Part shown: piece after piece, positions 51,395-62,020 of the stretch | How the letters are laid out: every line of letters begins with the position of its first letter | Numbering within the stretch: the stretch's first letter is position 1 | Origin: Myxococcota bacterium | Lineage (GTDB): Bacteria > Myxococcota_A > Bradymonadia > UBA7976 > UBA1532 | Assembly (NCBI GenBank): GCA_036337435.1 | Contig: JAYZEG010000069.1 | Location: 35,685 to 99,684 of the forward strand | DNA length: 64,000 bases | Direction: 5' to 3' | Made by a program: the position numbers and the translations under genes | The notes under the pieces: generated by a model | Seen by the model: only the letters and a program-made list of their open reading frames with translations | Told to the model about the DNA's origin: nothing | Database searches by the model: none

Positions 51395-52257
51395 TGCGCC
51401 AGCGCAAACAACGCCTAGCACCTGTTTACGGTGCTGGAATCGCTCTCTTCCTGGCTTGCTTAGCGTCCATTCGATACGATAGCCGTCGTTTAGAACCCTC
51501 CTTTATCCATGCGAGCGTCGTTGCTCTGACAGAACCGGTCCATCATATGATGACCGACTGGGGAGGGACCGTCCGAGATGTTGCATCATCGGTTGCGGAC
51601 GCACAGGGCATCATTAAGAAGAATGATACATTGTCTCGACGGGTGTCCGAATTGGAGACTGAGCGCGCTAAGTTGACAAACATCAAAAATGAAAATGAGC
51701 AACTTCGTAATTTGCTAGGGATTTCGGAGGAACGAAAAGATCTCCGCCTTCGAATGGCTAAAGTGGCGCGGAAGTCAGCAAGCTCATTTAGCCGAGTCGT
51801 TGGTATCGAACTGGAAGCATCGCAAGGGCTTGAGGTCGGTATGTCTGTCATTGCATCAGGTGGTCTTGTAGGCCAGATTCGAGCGATCGTGAATGAAAAG
51901 CCAGAGGTTCTCTTGGTAACCGATGCCAGGAGTGCCGTTGACGTGGTTCTCGAGAAAAGCCGAACTCGAGGCATTGCCGTTGGCTCCGGCGATCAGAGAA
52001 CCTACCGCGCCGAACTGAAATATGTTGACCGAGCCGAATCAGCCCAAGACGGTGAGCGGGTCTTGACCACTGGCGATGATGGCCGATTTCAAGCGGGTCT
52101 TCTCTTGGGCACTGTGCGCTTAGACCCTCGGGCACCGCGACGCCAGATTTCCGTGATTCCAGCTGTCCACTTCGAAGCACTCGACTTGGTCTATGTGGTT
52201 TTGGGAGAGACGGGTTTGGAGCCTGATGGCAAGCGCTACAAGGTAAAAAAGAAATGA
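51394..52257 (+). CDS. mreC: Rod shape-determining protein MreC
   Basis: Coiled coil ENEQLRNLL, GM.V....GLVG, VLTTG.DG.F..GL; position after mreB. Confidence 0.9.
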
Positions 52258-52754
52258 GTTTCCTCGTTTGGACAATCCTTGGCGTGTTTGCCTCAGTGCT
52301 TCAGGTCTACTTGTCGATTATTTTTGGAAGCGAAGCGTGGACGCCCCAACTTTGGTTCATCTTTTGCCTTTGGTTGGCGACGAAACGAGAGCGTTTCTCT
52401 GCCTTGGTTGCTATTTTTCTGACCGGTTTTTGGTTAGACGGATTTTCGGGTGGGCCGATGGGAACGCAGGCCGCGATGGGCCTGATCATTTATCTCGCAT
52501 CGCTTCAATTGACGGAGCGGATACAGCTTCGGGGAATCGGTCTAATCGTTCTTGGCGCATTAGCCGGACTACTCAGCATCCTGGTTGGCTTAATCGCTGT
52601 CAAAGTAGGTGGCGGCACTCGTGTTGGCCCACAGTTTGCCGTCATCTTTGGCCCCCGCATTATGAGCATGGCCTTAGTGGCTCCTATTTTTGTGGCCATA
52701 CTAAACCTGATTCATGGCCTGAGGCGCAACCGTGCAACGCTGGAAACGTTTTGA
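52254..52754 (+). CDS. mreD: Rod shape-determining protein MreD
   Basis: Hydrophobic 166-aa protein with G...D..SG..MG, between mreC and mrdA. Confidence 0.8.
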   Translation: MSFLVWTILGVFASVLQVYLSIIFGSEAWTPQLWFIFCLWLATKRERFSALVAIFLTGFWLDGFSGGPMGTQAAMGLIIYLASLQLTERIQLRGIGLIVLGALAGLLSILVGLIAVKVGGGTRVGPQFAVIFGPRIMSMALVAPIFVAILNLIHGLRRNRATLETF

Positions 52755-52937
52755 GATACGCTCTATTTTTACCCCGCGGGAATGTGCGTCTACTCACGTT
52801 GGTTTGACCAAGACCACGGTTCTGATAGCTTTAACCAACACGAGAGTCTATTAAACGCTGAACCCCATGGTTCAAGATGTGCTACACAGGATGTTTCGGA
52901 TACATCACTTGAGTAGTCCAACTACGGGAGAGCAGGA

Positions 52938-54935
52938 GTGCGAATACAGGGTGAATTACCCGTCGCAGCATATCGACGGAGAGCAGTCCGATTTTCCTTG
53001 GTCGCTCTTGCCGTTTGTATGATCTTGATCGGTCGGCTGGCCTACTTGCAATTCGTCGAAGGGCCGACGCTCAAAATGGTTTCATCGAGCAATTACGTTC
53101 GGACGAAAAGGCTGCCCGCTCAGCGGGGTTCCATCTTGGACCGAAACGGGGCTGTACTTGCCGTCCATGAACCGGCTTTTGGCTTGGCATTTCAGCCTTA
53201 TTTGCTCAAAGACGACGACATTCCAACTCTGATCGAAGAGCTGAAAAAAATTTTTGACGAAACCGAGGGTGGAAAAAATAACGTTAAGAAAGATGCTGTC
53301 CGAACCATTCATTACCTTGATTTAGTCAAGCAGCTTAAATTGCCGCGTGGTGCGGATCGGTTCGTCCCTGTGCCATTTTTAGTCGATGGAAAACGCAAGA
53401 TTCTGAACCGGAAACAGGTTGCTCAGATCGAAAGTTTGAGGGCAACGATATCTGGTATTTTGGTCGACCAGCGGTATATGCGGCGTTACCCACAGAATGA
53501 ACATAAATACGAGGATGAAGATGATAAGCCATGGAAGCTTGGCGCTCATCTTCTAGGCTACCTAGGGCGCCCGACTGCCGCTGAGATTCGAGCGAATCCA
53601 AGATACCATGTCGATTCGATGTTGGGACGCGCGGGCTTGGAGCGACGGCTCGAAAACGACCTCGCTGGTAAAGATGGTTTTGAACGGTATGTAGTCAGTG
53701 CGAGTGGCCGTGAACAAAAACCCGACGTTGCCTGGGTAAAGAAGGCCATGAAAGGGATTGTTCCGCGGGAGGATCCGAAGCGAGGCTTTGATGTTGAACT
53801 GACCATCGATTCGACAATGCAGAGAATTCTGACCAACGCGATGTCTGGTCGAGACTCTGGTGCTGCTGTCGTCATCGAAGTCGAGACCGGGGCCATTCTT
53901 GGCATTGTGTCAAAGCCAACTTATGACCCAAATGTATGGTCAGGTCGTTTAACACGGCGGCGCAAGCAAGCCATCGACAACGATCCGCACAAGCCCATGG
54001 TCGACAAAAGCGTTCAGGCTTATTTCCCGGGCTCTGTCTACAAAGTCGTGACCGCCTTTGCGGCCATGGACCTAGGCATGCTGGATCCGTTGGAGTTAAT
54101 CGAAAGTCCAGGCGCATATGAGTTTGGTAATCGGACATTTCATTGCCACAAGCGGTCCGGGCACGGCCGGATTAATCTCGCCAGAGCCTTATCTGCTTCT
54201 GCGGATGTCTACTTCTATAAGCTCGGTGAGCAAATTGGTATTGACCGGTTGGCGCAATACGGTCGCCGTTTCGGTTTCGGCCGCAGGACAGGACTATCGA
54301 TCAATGGAGAGTCGAAAGGACTCATGCCCACCAAAGCCTATCATGATGAAACCACGCCCGGTGGTTACCAGTATGGTTTGGCACTCTCAACGGCCGTGGG
54401 TCAGGGCGATGTGCGCACCACGCCGCTGCAAGTCGCTGTCGCCTATGCCGCTTTGGCCAATGGAGGCCGTGTCTTGAAACCCTATGTTGTCAACCGGGTC
54501 ATCAGAAGCGATGGCAGCATTGTGCGCGAATCTAAACCAACCGTCGTTGATACGCTGGCCGACCACATCCAGTTTCTCGATTCCATTAATGAAGGCTTGA
54601 GACAGGCTGTCCATGACGAGGAATTTGGAACGGGCTACCTGGCAGCTGTCAAAGACGGTTTGATCGGGGGGAAGACAGGCACAGCTCAGGTTCGAAAGTT
54701 GGGTCGTGGCCGAAATCGGCACGTCATTCGGCATTTTCGTGAGAGGGATCACGCTTGGTTTGCGGCATTCGCACCGTACGACGCCCCTAAGATCGCTGTT
54801 GTTGTGTTCATCGAACACGGTGGCAGTGGCGGTAAACAAGCAGCGCCCGTGATACGAAAAATTCTAGAGAAGTATCACCGCAACTTTACTTTGTTTGCGC
54901 AAGCCGAAACAGCGCAGTCGGAGGACAGTCGATGA
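52938..54935 (+). CDS. mrdA: Penicillin-binding protein 2
   Basis: RG.I.DRNG, SxxK (PGSVYK), S.DVYFY, GQG, GKTGTAQ and DHAWF. Confidence 0.95.
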   Translation: MRIQGELPVAAYRRRAVRFSLVALAVCMILIGRLAYLQFVEGPTLKMVSSSNYVRTKRLPAQRGSILDRNGAVLAVHEPAFGLAFQPYLLKDDDIPTLIEELKKIFDETEGGKNNVKKDAVRTIHYLDLVKQLKLPRGADRFVPVPFLVDGKRKILNRKQVAQIESLRATISGILVDQRYMRRYPQNEHKYEDEDDKPWKLGAHLLGYLGRPTAAEIRANPRYHVDSMLGRAGLERRLENDLAGKDGFERYVVSASGREQKPDVAWVKKAMKGIVPREDPKRGFDVELTIDSTMQRILTNAMSGRDSGAAVVIEVETGAILGIVSKPTYDPNVWSGRLTRRRKQAIDNDPHKPMVDKSVQAYFPGSVYKVVTAFAAMDLGMLDPLELIESPGAYEFGNRTFHCHKRSGHGRINLARALSASADVYFYKLGEQIGIDRLAQYGRRFGFGRRTGLSINGESKGLMPTKAYHDETTPGGYQYGLALSTAVGQGDVRTTPLQVAVAYAALANGGRVLKPYVVNRVIRSDGSIVRESKPTVVDTLADHIQFLDSINEGLRQAVHDEEFGTGYLAAVKDGLIGGKTGTAQVRKLGRGRNRHVIRHFRERDHAWFAAFAPYDAPKIAVVVFIEHGGSGGKQAAPVIRKILEKYHRNFTLFAQAETAQSEDSR

Positions 54936-56035
54936 GTAATTTTTCCTGGAGATTGATCCCTTGGGGTGTGGTCTTTATCGTCATTGCGCTCAGTGCCATC
55001 AGCGTCATTAATTTGCATTCAACGGGTATCGGAACAGATAGCCAAGTGCATGTCACTCAGCTCATCTGGCTTGCCGCCGGTTCGGTTTTAATGTTTATCG
55101 TCGCGATGATCGATGTACGCATCATTCGGCAGCTGATTCCTACTTTTTACGTCATGGTGATCATCGCATTGGCTTTGGTGCTTGTGATCGGCAAGGAAGT
55201 AAATGGGTCGCGACGCTGGTTAGATCTTGGATTTGCAGGTTTTCAGCCGTCCGAGCTTGCAAAACTAGCCGTCATCCTAAGTCTTGCAGGTTGGTTTCAT
55301 CGGGTCGCACGTCCAGATGGATACGGTCTTGGCGACCTTGTCCCAGTTGCGGTGCTGCTTGGCGTCCCGATGTTTCTCGTTCTCAAAGAACCAGACTTGG
55401 GTCACACGCTCATGTTGCTTTTCATCGGTGGGACAATGGTGATTTTTGAAAAACTTCAGCGTAGAGCGTTTATCTCTATTGTACTTACGGCTCTGCTGAT
55501 CGCACCGGGACTCTGGACGTTTGTGCTCCATGATTATCAGAAAAATAGAATTCTTACTCTCTTGGATAGTGACGGCGATAAGTTGAGAACCGGCTGGCAC
55601 GCCAGGCAGGCGCGGATTGCGGTCGGTAGCGGAGGACTGCTTGGAAAGGGGCATGGCTCCGGGACTCAAGTAGCAGGCGAGTTCCTGCCTGAAAATCACA
55701 CAGATTTTGTCTTCGCACACTTGTCTGAAGAGCATGGGTTTGTTGGGGGCTCAACGGTCCTACTATTGTACTTCTTGCTGGTTTTATCTTCCCTACGCGC
55801 GGCTGCTCGAGCGAGAGATAGATTTGCTGCAGGGGTTGCCATTGGTGTCGGCGCGCTTATCTTTTGGCACGTCCTCATGAATATTGGGATGGTACTTAAC
55901 ATTCTTCCGGTTACGGGTGTGACGCTCCCGTTGCTCAGTTACGGGGGCACATCAGCACTCACTGTCATGTGTGCCATCGGATTATTGTTGAATATCGAAG
56001 TCCGTCGGAGCATGTTTCAGTCGCGTCTTTCATAA
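54932..56035 (+). CDS. rodA: Rod shape-determining protein RodA (SEDS)
   Basis: G.RRW, QPSE.AK, EPDLG, YQ.NRI, GSGG..GKG, PE.HTDF and PVTGVTLPL.SYGG. Confidence 0.95.
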   Translation: MSNFSWRLIPWGVVFIVIALSAISVINLHSTGIGTDSQVHVTQLIWLAAGSVLMFIVAMIDVRIIRQLIPTFYVMVIIALALVLVIGKEVNGSRRWLDLGFAGFQPSELAKLAVILSLAGWFHRVARPDGYGLGDLVPVAVLLGVPMFLVLKEPDLGHTLMLLFIGGTMVIFEKLQRRAFISIVLTALLIAPGLWTFVLHDYQKNRILTLLDSDGDKLRTGWHARQARIAVGSGGLLGKGHGSGTQVAGEFLPENHTDFVFAHLSEEHGFVGGSTVLLLYFLLVLSSLRAAARARDRFAAGVAIGVGALIFWHVLMNIGMVLNILPVTGVTLPLLSYGGTSALTVMCAIGLLLNIEVRRSMFQSRLS

Positions 56036-56057
56036 TTGGTCAAGGAAAGGATAAATC

Positions 56058-56387
56058 ATGGGCAGTTACATAGATGTCAATCAGGCAGATTTTCAAAGCC
56101 AGGTCATCGATAGCGATGTTCCGGTAATCGTCGACTTTTGGGCCCCATGGTGTGGCCCTTGTCGCGCAATCGCTCCCCACGTAGAAACGCTCGGCACTGA
56201 ATACGCTGGGCGCGTTAAAGTAGCGAAGATTAATGTCGACAATAATCAACAGCTGGCCGTGACCTACGGGATCAGAGGCATTCCCGCAATTTTGGTCTTC
56301 AAGGATGGCCAGGTCGTCAACCAGCTCAACGGCATGCCAGGAAATCCGTTAGGTGCCCTCAGAGACCTCGCCGAAGCCGCGCTCTAA
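56058..56387 (+). CDS. trxA: Thioredoxin
   Basis: VDFWAPWCGPC and IP motif. Confidence 0.95.
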   Translation: MGSYIDVNQADFQSQVIDSDVPVIVDFWAPWCGPCRAIAPHVETLGTEYAGRVKVAKINVDNNQQLAVTYGIRGIPAILVFKDGQVVNQLNGMPGNPLGALRDLAEAAL

Positions 56388-56556
56388 GGCGTCCTGCCCA
56401 ATGGCCCGCGGGGTCGCTACATCAACCGTTGAATTAACGACTTGTCGACGTCGAAGTCTTAATTGGATTTTCGAATGCGTGGGTTGTATTTCTTAAATCC
56501 ATCGAATGGTGGCACAATGGCATAGAGCTCACGGCTTGGTCTGAGGGAAAAATCGC

Positions 56557-57333
56557 ATGCGTACAATGCTCATCATCGGAGCGGTCGCTTACGCCTCCGC
56601 GACCCTGGCGTACCTAGTAGACCTATTCAAGAGCCGGGATGGACGTTTATTGCCGAGCCGCTTGTACACAGCGGCCACGGTCTATTGGATCATTGCATTT
56701 CCCATCGGTGCAGCCTATTCACCGCTCTGCACCGGCGTGCGACCCTGGTTGCTTGCATCTGGATGGGTCTTAGGTGTGATTTTTCTGGGCCTGGAGCGCC
56801 GTTATCCCATTTCGGCTTTGGGCAGTTTGGTCTCCGCCATGTCGACCGTCCTCTCGCTCATTGCTATTTTTGTAGCTGCGGAGGCGTCAGACCTTTTGAC
56901 TGGACCGCTAGCAGACTGGGTGCTGTGGATCCATATTTCACTGGCCTTCCTCGGCGTGATTGCCTTCGCTCTCGCCGCGGCGACCTCAATTTTGTATCTT
57001 TTCGTCTCTGGCCGACTCAAACGTAAACTCACACTTCCTGGCAAATTACCGCCCCTCAGCGTGCTCGATAATCTTGCACTCAGAATGATCAGCATCGGGT
57101 TTCCGTTTTATACGATCGCACTTCTGCTGGGCAGTGCCCAAGCGGTGCGTTCGGGGACAGATGAAATCAAGCTCGCCTATATTCTGGCCAGTCTGTCATG
57201 GCTTATCTACGGCATTGTATTACAGGCGCGGTTGACAGCGGGTTGGCGCGGACGAAACGCGGCGACCCTTACGATCATCGGTTGTTTAGCGGCCTTTGTA
57301 GTCGTTGGTATGTATTCGTCAGGTGCGGCTTAA
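56557..57333 (+). CDS. ccsA: Cytochrome c biogenesis CcsA-like membrane protein
   Basis: Multi-TM protein with WIHI, LP.L..LD and GWRGR..A, directly upstream of hemA. Confidence 0.75.
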   Translation: MRTMLIIGAVAYASATLAYLVDLFKSRDGRLLPSRLYTAATVYWIIAFPIGAAYSPLCTGVRPWLLASGWVLGVIFLGLERRYPISALGSLVSAMSTVLSLIAIFVAAEASDLLTGPLADWVLWIHISLAFLGVIAFALAAATSILYLFVSGRLKRKLTLPGKLPPLSVLDNLALRMISIGFPFYTIALLLGSAQAVRSGTDEIKLAYILASLSWLIYGIVLQARLTAGWRGRNAATLTIIGCLAAFVVVGMYSSGAA

Positions 57334-57334
57334 G

Positions 57335-58609
57335 ATGCAGTTTTTTGTTCTCGGTTTGAATCATAAAACCGCGCCAATTCAATTGCGTGAGAAATTTTCG
57401 ATCCTTGACGAGTCGTTGGCATCAACCGCACAGCGAATTCGGCAAGCCGGCTTGCAAGAGTCATTTGTTGTCTCGACGTGCAACCGGGTTGAACTCTACG
57501 GCGCGGGGCGTTCCGTATCTGGCTTGGGTGAGTCCCTGGGGCACATCTTGGCTGATGTGGGTCAAACCAGCATTCGTAAACTCGCGCCGCATGTATACGA
57601 ACACAGCGGGGGTGAGGCCATTCACCACTTGTTTCGGGTTGCAGCCAGTCTTGACAGTATGGTCGTTGGTGAGCCTCAGATTCTTGGTCAACTCAAGTCG
57701 GCCTATTCTAAATGCAGAGAAGCCGGTGTGACAGGACCTTTGCTCAACCGCGCTGTTGAACGGGCTTTCTCTGTTGCCAAAAAAGTTCGCAGTGAAACGG
57801 GAATTGGTGAACACGCGGTCTCTATCAGCAGCGTTGCCATTCAGCTTGCTCGACAGATTTTTGGTCAACTTGACGGTAAGTCCGCTGCACTGGTTGGTGC
57901 TGGTAAAATGGGTCAATTAGCCGCGCGCCATATCCGTGATGCAGGGATATCTCAGTTGTACGTAGCCAATCGCAGTTTTGAGCGAGCTCAATCGTTGGCC
58001 AGTGAACTTGATGGGCATCCACGATATTTGGACGAATTAAGCCAACTGCTGTGTCTGGTCGACATCGTGATTACCTCAACGGCATCGAAGACACACCTTG
58101 TAGACGCAAAAATGATGAAGACAGTAATGAAGGCGAGAAAGTACCGTCCAATCTTCTTTATCGACATCGCCGTGCCCAGAAATGTCTGCCCGGAGCTCAA
58201 CCAGATGGACAATGTCTATGTCTATGACGTGGATGATCTCAACGGGATTTCCAATGAAAACAAAGAAACCAGAGCCAATGAAGCGCGCTTAGCCGAGGCG
58301 GTTGTCTTTGAGCAAGCACAGCGATTTCTGGGTGAACTATCTGGTCTCGCTCTGAAACCGACCATCATGGAGCTAAAAGAACACATCGAAGTTATGAAAG
58401 CGTCCGAATTGGACAAGTTTCGACGTCGTATGAGCACCGATGGACCCAGCCATGACGATGTGGCGGCTCAATTAGCCGATGGACTTCTCAACAAGATACT
58501 CTATGGCGCACTCACCGAATTAAAAAAGCAAGCAGCCGAAGGCAATAGTGAACAGTCTATTGCCATCGTTCGACGTATTTTTGGTCTAGACGAACGGAGC
58601 GACAAGTGA
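57335..58609 (+). CDS. hemA: Glutamyl-tRNA reductase
   Basis: GLNHKTAP..LRE, STCNRVE, SLDSMVVGEPQILGQ, GAGKM and DIAVPR. Confidence 0.97.
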   Translation: MQFFVLGLNHKTAPIQLREKFSILDESLASTAQRIRQAGLQESFVVSTCNRVELYGAGRSVSGLGESLGHILADVGQTSIRKLAPHVYEHSGGEAIHHLFRVAASLDSMVVGEPQILGQLKSAYSKCREAGVTGPLLNRAVERAFSVAKKVRSETGIGEHAVSISSVAIQLARQIFGQLDGKSAALVGAGKMGQLAARHIRDAGISQLYVANRSFERAQSLASELDGHPRYLDELSQLLCLVDIVITSTASKTHLVDAKMMKTVMKARKYRPIFFIDIAVPRNVCPELNQMDNVYVYDVDDLNGISNENKETRANEARLAEAVVFEQAQRFLGELSGLALKPTIMELKEHIEVMKASELDKFRRRMSTDGPSHDDVAAQLADGLLNKILYGALTELKKQAAEGNSEQSIAIVRRIFGLDERSDK

Positions 58610-59532
58610 CGTTTAGAATTGCAACCCGCGGATCCGCTTTAGCACTTTGGCAAGCGAATCATGTCGCGGACCGTCTGCGCGAGAAACACCCCGGCCTCGA
58701 GACAGAACTGGTCGTCTACAAAACGATGGGCGACCACATCTTGGACAAACCGTTGGCCGAGATTGGTGGTAAAGGTTTGTTTACCAAAGAACTTGAGGAC
58801 GGGCTATACGCGAAGGCCGTGCATTGTGCTGTCCATAGTTTGAAAGACATGCCAACCCAATTACCGACGGGACTGATTCTCGGTGCGATTCCAACTCGAG
58901 CTGATGTTCGAGACTGTATTGTCCGGCGCGCAGGGGACTTGAGCGATCCTGGGCTCGTTGGGACAGCGAGCCTTCGTCGAATGGCGCTTGCTCAAGACCG
59001 ATGGCCAACCGCACAAATCGAACCAATTCGGGGCAATGTCCAAACACGGATGGGTCGGGTGCATGAGTCGGGGAAAAGACGAGTTGATGCCGTGATCCTG
59101 GCCATGGCGGGCTTGTTGAGGTTGCAGTTGCCTCAAACTGAAGAGCAGTACGATTTCTCACCTCTCAATCCAGAAAAGTGGATTCCAGCTGTAGGTCAGG
59201 GTGCACTCGCCATCGAATGTCGAGAAGATGATACAGAAACATTGGATCTTTTATCTGCGCTTCACGATCACCAAACTGCTCAATGCGTGACCGCCGAACG
59301 GGCGTTTATGCGCGCTGTCGAAGGAGATTGTAGAGTACCGGTCGGTGGTTATGCAACGGCTGATGGCCCGTCCCTGCGACTTCGCGCGTTTATCGCAACC
59401 ACCGATGGAAAAACCCGATTGGTTGAAACCCGGTTTGGCCGCGATGCTGACCAGCTAGGCCAAGATGTGGCGCAGCATTTGCTCGATTCAGGTGGTCGAG
59501 AGATCCTCGCGAACTTGAGGGGACGGAGCTGA
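58606..59532 (+). CDS. hemC: Hydroxymethylbilane synthase
   Basis: IATRGS.LALWQA, GKGLFTKELE, AVHSLKD, IRGNV.TR and PAVGQGAL. Confidence 0.97.
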   Translation: MTFRIATRGSALALWQANHVADRLREKHPGLETELVVYKTMGDHILDKPLAEIGGKGLFTKELEDGLYAKAVHCAVHSLKDMPTQLPTGLILGAIPTRADVRDCIVRRAGDLSDPGLVGTASLRRMALAQDRWPTAQIEPIRGNVQTRMGRVHESGKRRVDAVILAMAGLLRLQLPQTEEQYDFSPLNPEKWIPAVGQGALAIECREDDTETLDLLSALHDHQTAQCVTAERAFMRAVEGDCRVPVGGYATADGPSLRLRAFIATTDGKTRLVETRFGRDADQLGQDVAQHLLDSGGREILANLRGRS

Positions 59533-61056
59533 GTGGGAGGCCGAGTTTATCTGGTCGGTGCTGGGCCATGGGATCCAGGCCTTTTGACGCTTCGAGGACA
59601 GACATTGTTGAGGCGGGCGGACACGGTCATCTACGATTATCTTGTCAACCCTGAGATTCTGCAACATACGCGGGCTGACGCAAAATTGGTTCCGACGGGT
59701 CGAGCTGGCAATCGGATGAGTCAGACCGAAATCTGTAATTATCTCGTGAATGAAGGCCGGTCAGGGCGAGACGTCGTGCGTCTAAAAGGCGGTGACCCGT
59801 TTGTGTTCGGTCGCGGTGGCGAAGAAGCGGAAGCACTCCGCAGAGCAGGGCTGGAATTCGAGGTTGTTCCTGGTGTGACTGCAGCCATCGCGAGTTGTGC
59901 TTATGCGGGCATACCGGTGACTCATCGTGACTACGGTTCGACTCTTGCTCTCTGCACCGGCCATTCCCGTGATGACGAACCAGACACAGACTTAGATTGG
60001 AATGCCCTCGCATCCCTCTCAACAGTCGTTTTCTATATGGCTGCCAAGCGACTGTCACGGGTTCGAGATAAGTTGATCGCGGCTGGTCGACCCGACGCAA
60101 CTCCAGTTGCTCTGATTCGGTGGGCGACCCGGGCGGACCAGCAGACGGTTGTGACCGATTTAGATGGGATGGTCAAAGCAGCGGAAAAACACAACATGGT
60201 CGCACCGATGACGGTGGTCATAGGAGAGATTGTCAACCTGAGAAGGACCATTTCTTGGTATGAGAATCGGCCCCTTTTCGGGCAGAGAATTGTTGTGACT
60301 CGCAGTCATCGTCAGCGGGGTGGGTTATCGACATCCTTGAGCGAACTCGGTGCCCAGGTGATTCCATATCCGACCATAGATTTTCAAGCGATACCCGATG
60401 GAATCGCTGATGTACTCAAGGTGTTCCCCAGCTTTGACTGGATCATTTTTACCAGTGCTAATGCCGTTAATTTTTTTCTAGACCAAGTTCTAGAGTCGGG
60501 GGCTGACCTCCGTATTCTCGGGTCAACCAAGATTGCATGTATTGGCCCGGCCACGGCTGAAGGACTCGCTAAGCGTGGTCTTGTTGCAGACCTGGTACCC
60601 CAACGATACGTTGCCGAAGGCTTGTTAGATGGGTTGCAAAAAGCGGGGATAACCGGTCAGAAAATTTTGATTCCGAGAGCCTTGGTTGCCCGGAACACCT
60701 TGCCAGATGCACTCCGATCATTGGCACACGTCGTCGTCTTACCCGTCTACAAAACCGTCTCGGCTGAAGTTGATTTGGGTGTCCACCAACGACTCGAGGA
60801 AGGGGCGTTTGACATCGTCACCTTCACGTCTTCGAGTACGGTCAAAAACTTTGTCGCGAAATTTAATTCAAGAAATTTAGAACATATTCGCTCGACTTGC
60901 GTCGCTGCTTGCATTGGGCCAGTGACAGCCCAGACCGCCGCTGAAAACGGATTTAGGGTTGCTGCGGTCGCTCAGGAGTATACCATTGACGGCCTGGTTC
61001 AGTCGCTTGAGGAATATGTTTCGAGCGTTGACAAGGTCCAACACTCCGATCACTAA
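59533..61056 (+). CDS. cobA: Uroporphyrinogen-III C-methyltransferase / uroporphyrinogen-III synthase fusion (CobA/HemD)
   Basis: LVGAGP.DP.LLT and RLKGGDPFVFGRGGEE, then PLFG..IVVTR, FTS.NAV, FTSSSTV and CIGPVT. Confidence 0.93.
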   Translation: MGGRVYLVGAGPWDPGLLTLRGQTLLRRADTVIYDYLVNPEILQHTRADAKLVPTGRAGNRMSQTEICNYLVNEGRSGRDVVRLKGGDPFVFGRGGEEAEALRRAGLEFEVVPGVTAAIASCAYAGIPVTHRDYGSTLALCTGHSRDDEPDTDLDWNALASLSTVVFYMAAKRLSRVRDKLIAAGRPDATPVALIRWATRADQQTVVTDLDGMVKAAEKHNMVAPMTVVIGEIVNLRRTISWYENRPLFGQRIVVTRSHRQRGGLSTSLSELGAQVIPYPTIDFQAIPDGIADVLKVFPSFDWIIFTSANAVNFFLDQVLESGADLRILGSTKIACIGPATAEGLAKRGLVADLVPQRYVAEGLLDGLQKAGITGQKILIPRALVARNTLPDALRSLAHVVVLPVYKTVSAEVDLGVHQRLEEGAFDIVTFTSSSTVKNFVAKFNSRNLEHIRSTCVAACIGPVTAQTAAENGFRVAAVAQEYTIDGLVQSLEEYVSSVDKVQHSDH

Positions 61057-61087
61057 TTCGCTTATGGGTCGCCTTAGGAGGAATTTG

Positions 61088-62020
61088 ATGTTGCGTTATC
61101 GTTTGGAATTGTCCGTTGTGTGTACTCTGTTCTTTTGCCTGATCCAGCAGGCTCATGCGCAGGAATCTCCATCGGAACAGGGTGCCCAGGACCGTCCTCA
61201 AATCGAGGCAGCTAAACCCAGCAAAACGAAGAAACCAAAGCTCCGCATTTGCACGGCCCAGCCGGGTAATAATTATCATCGCTACGGGACGTTACTCGCG
61301 GACCGCCTGAAGGAGCAGGCAGACGTGGTTGTCGTGGAGACCCGTGGGTCATGGGAAAACCTGGAGATGATGGATGCCAACCCGCGGCGCTGCGATGCCA
61401 TTATCGCTCAGGACGACGCGCATGCCCTCCATCAATTCGAGAAGCCTAATTCGGCACTGACTGTCGACAGAACAGCGACGGTTTATCCTGAATACACACA
61501 CCTCCTCTGCCATCGGAAGGTGAAGGCCAATTCACTGACCGAATTGGATCCCGAAAAATATCCAATCATCGTGAGCCAATACGGGTCTGGCTCATATATC
61601 ACATGGAGACTTTTTCGCCGTCTCAATCCAGACTACAAACGTTTTCGAATCGTGGAGAAGAATCTGGACGAAGGCATTTTGAGAGTCCTCGATGGAAATA
61701 CACCAGCGTGCCTGTTCTTTGTGAGTGGTCTCGGTGGTGACACTCTTGCCACCGCTGACCAAACCTTTGGCGATCAAATCAAGCTTTTGAGCATTGCCGA
61801 TCCAAAACTGACCCGCAAGGTGGGTCGAGACAAGCGACAAATCTATCGTCTCTCGTCCATTCCCGCTGACACGTACAAAACACTCAATAACAAGCCAGTA
61901 ACTGTGCCAAGCTTGGGTGCCGTCTTTTTTACCAGTCCGGAGTGGAAAGCGCGTTATCCAGAGGCTGCTCGGCATCTCGCGTCAGCGTTACTGAAGGTGA
62001 TTTCTAGTAGTCGCAAATAA
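61088..62020 (+). CDS. TAXI-family TRAP solute-binding-like protein
   Basis: AGGAGG RBS and signal peptide; I.T...G.NY, T.GS.ENL, AQ.D, YPEY.HL and GSGS. Confidence 0.75.
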   Translation: MLRYRLELSVVCTLFFCLIQQAHAQESPSEQGAQDRPQIEAAKPSKTKKPKLRICTAQPGNNYHRYGTLLADRLKEQADVVVVETRGSWENLEMMDANPRRCDAIIAQDDAHALHQFEKPNSALTVDRTATVYPEYTHLLCHRKVKANSLTELDPEKYPIIVSQYGSGSYITWRLFRRLNPDYKRFRIVEKNLDEGILRVLDGNTPACLFFVSGLGGDTLATADQTFGDQIKLLSIADPKLTRKVGRDKRQIYRLSSIPADTYKTLNNKPVTVPSLGAVFFTSPEWKARYPEAARHLASALLKVISSSRK

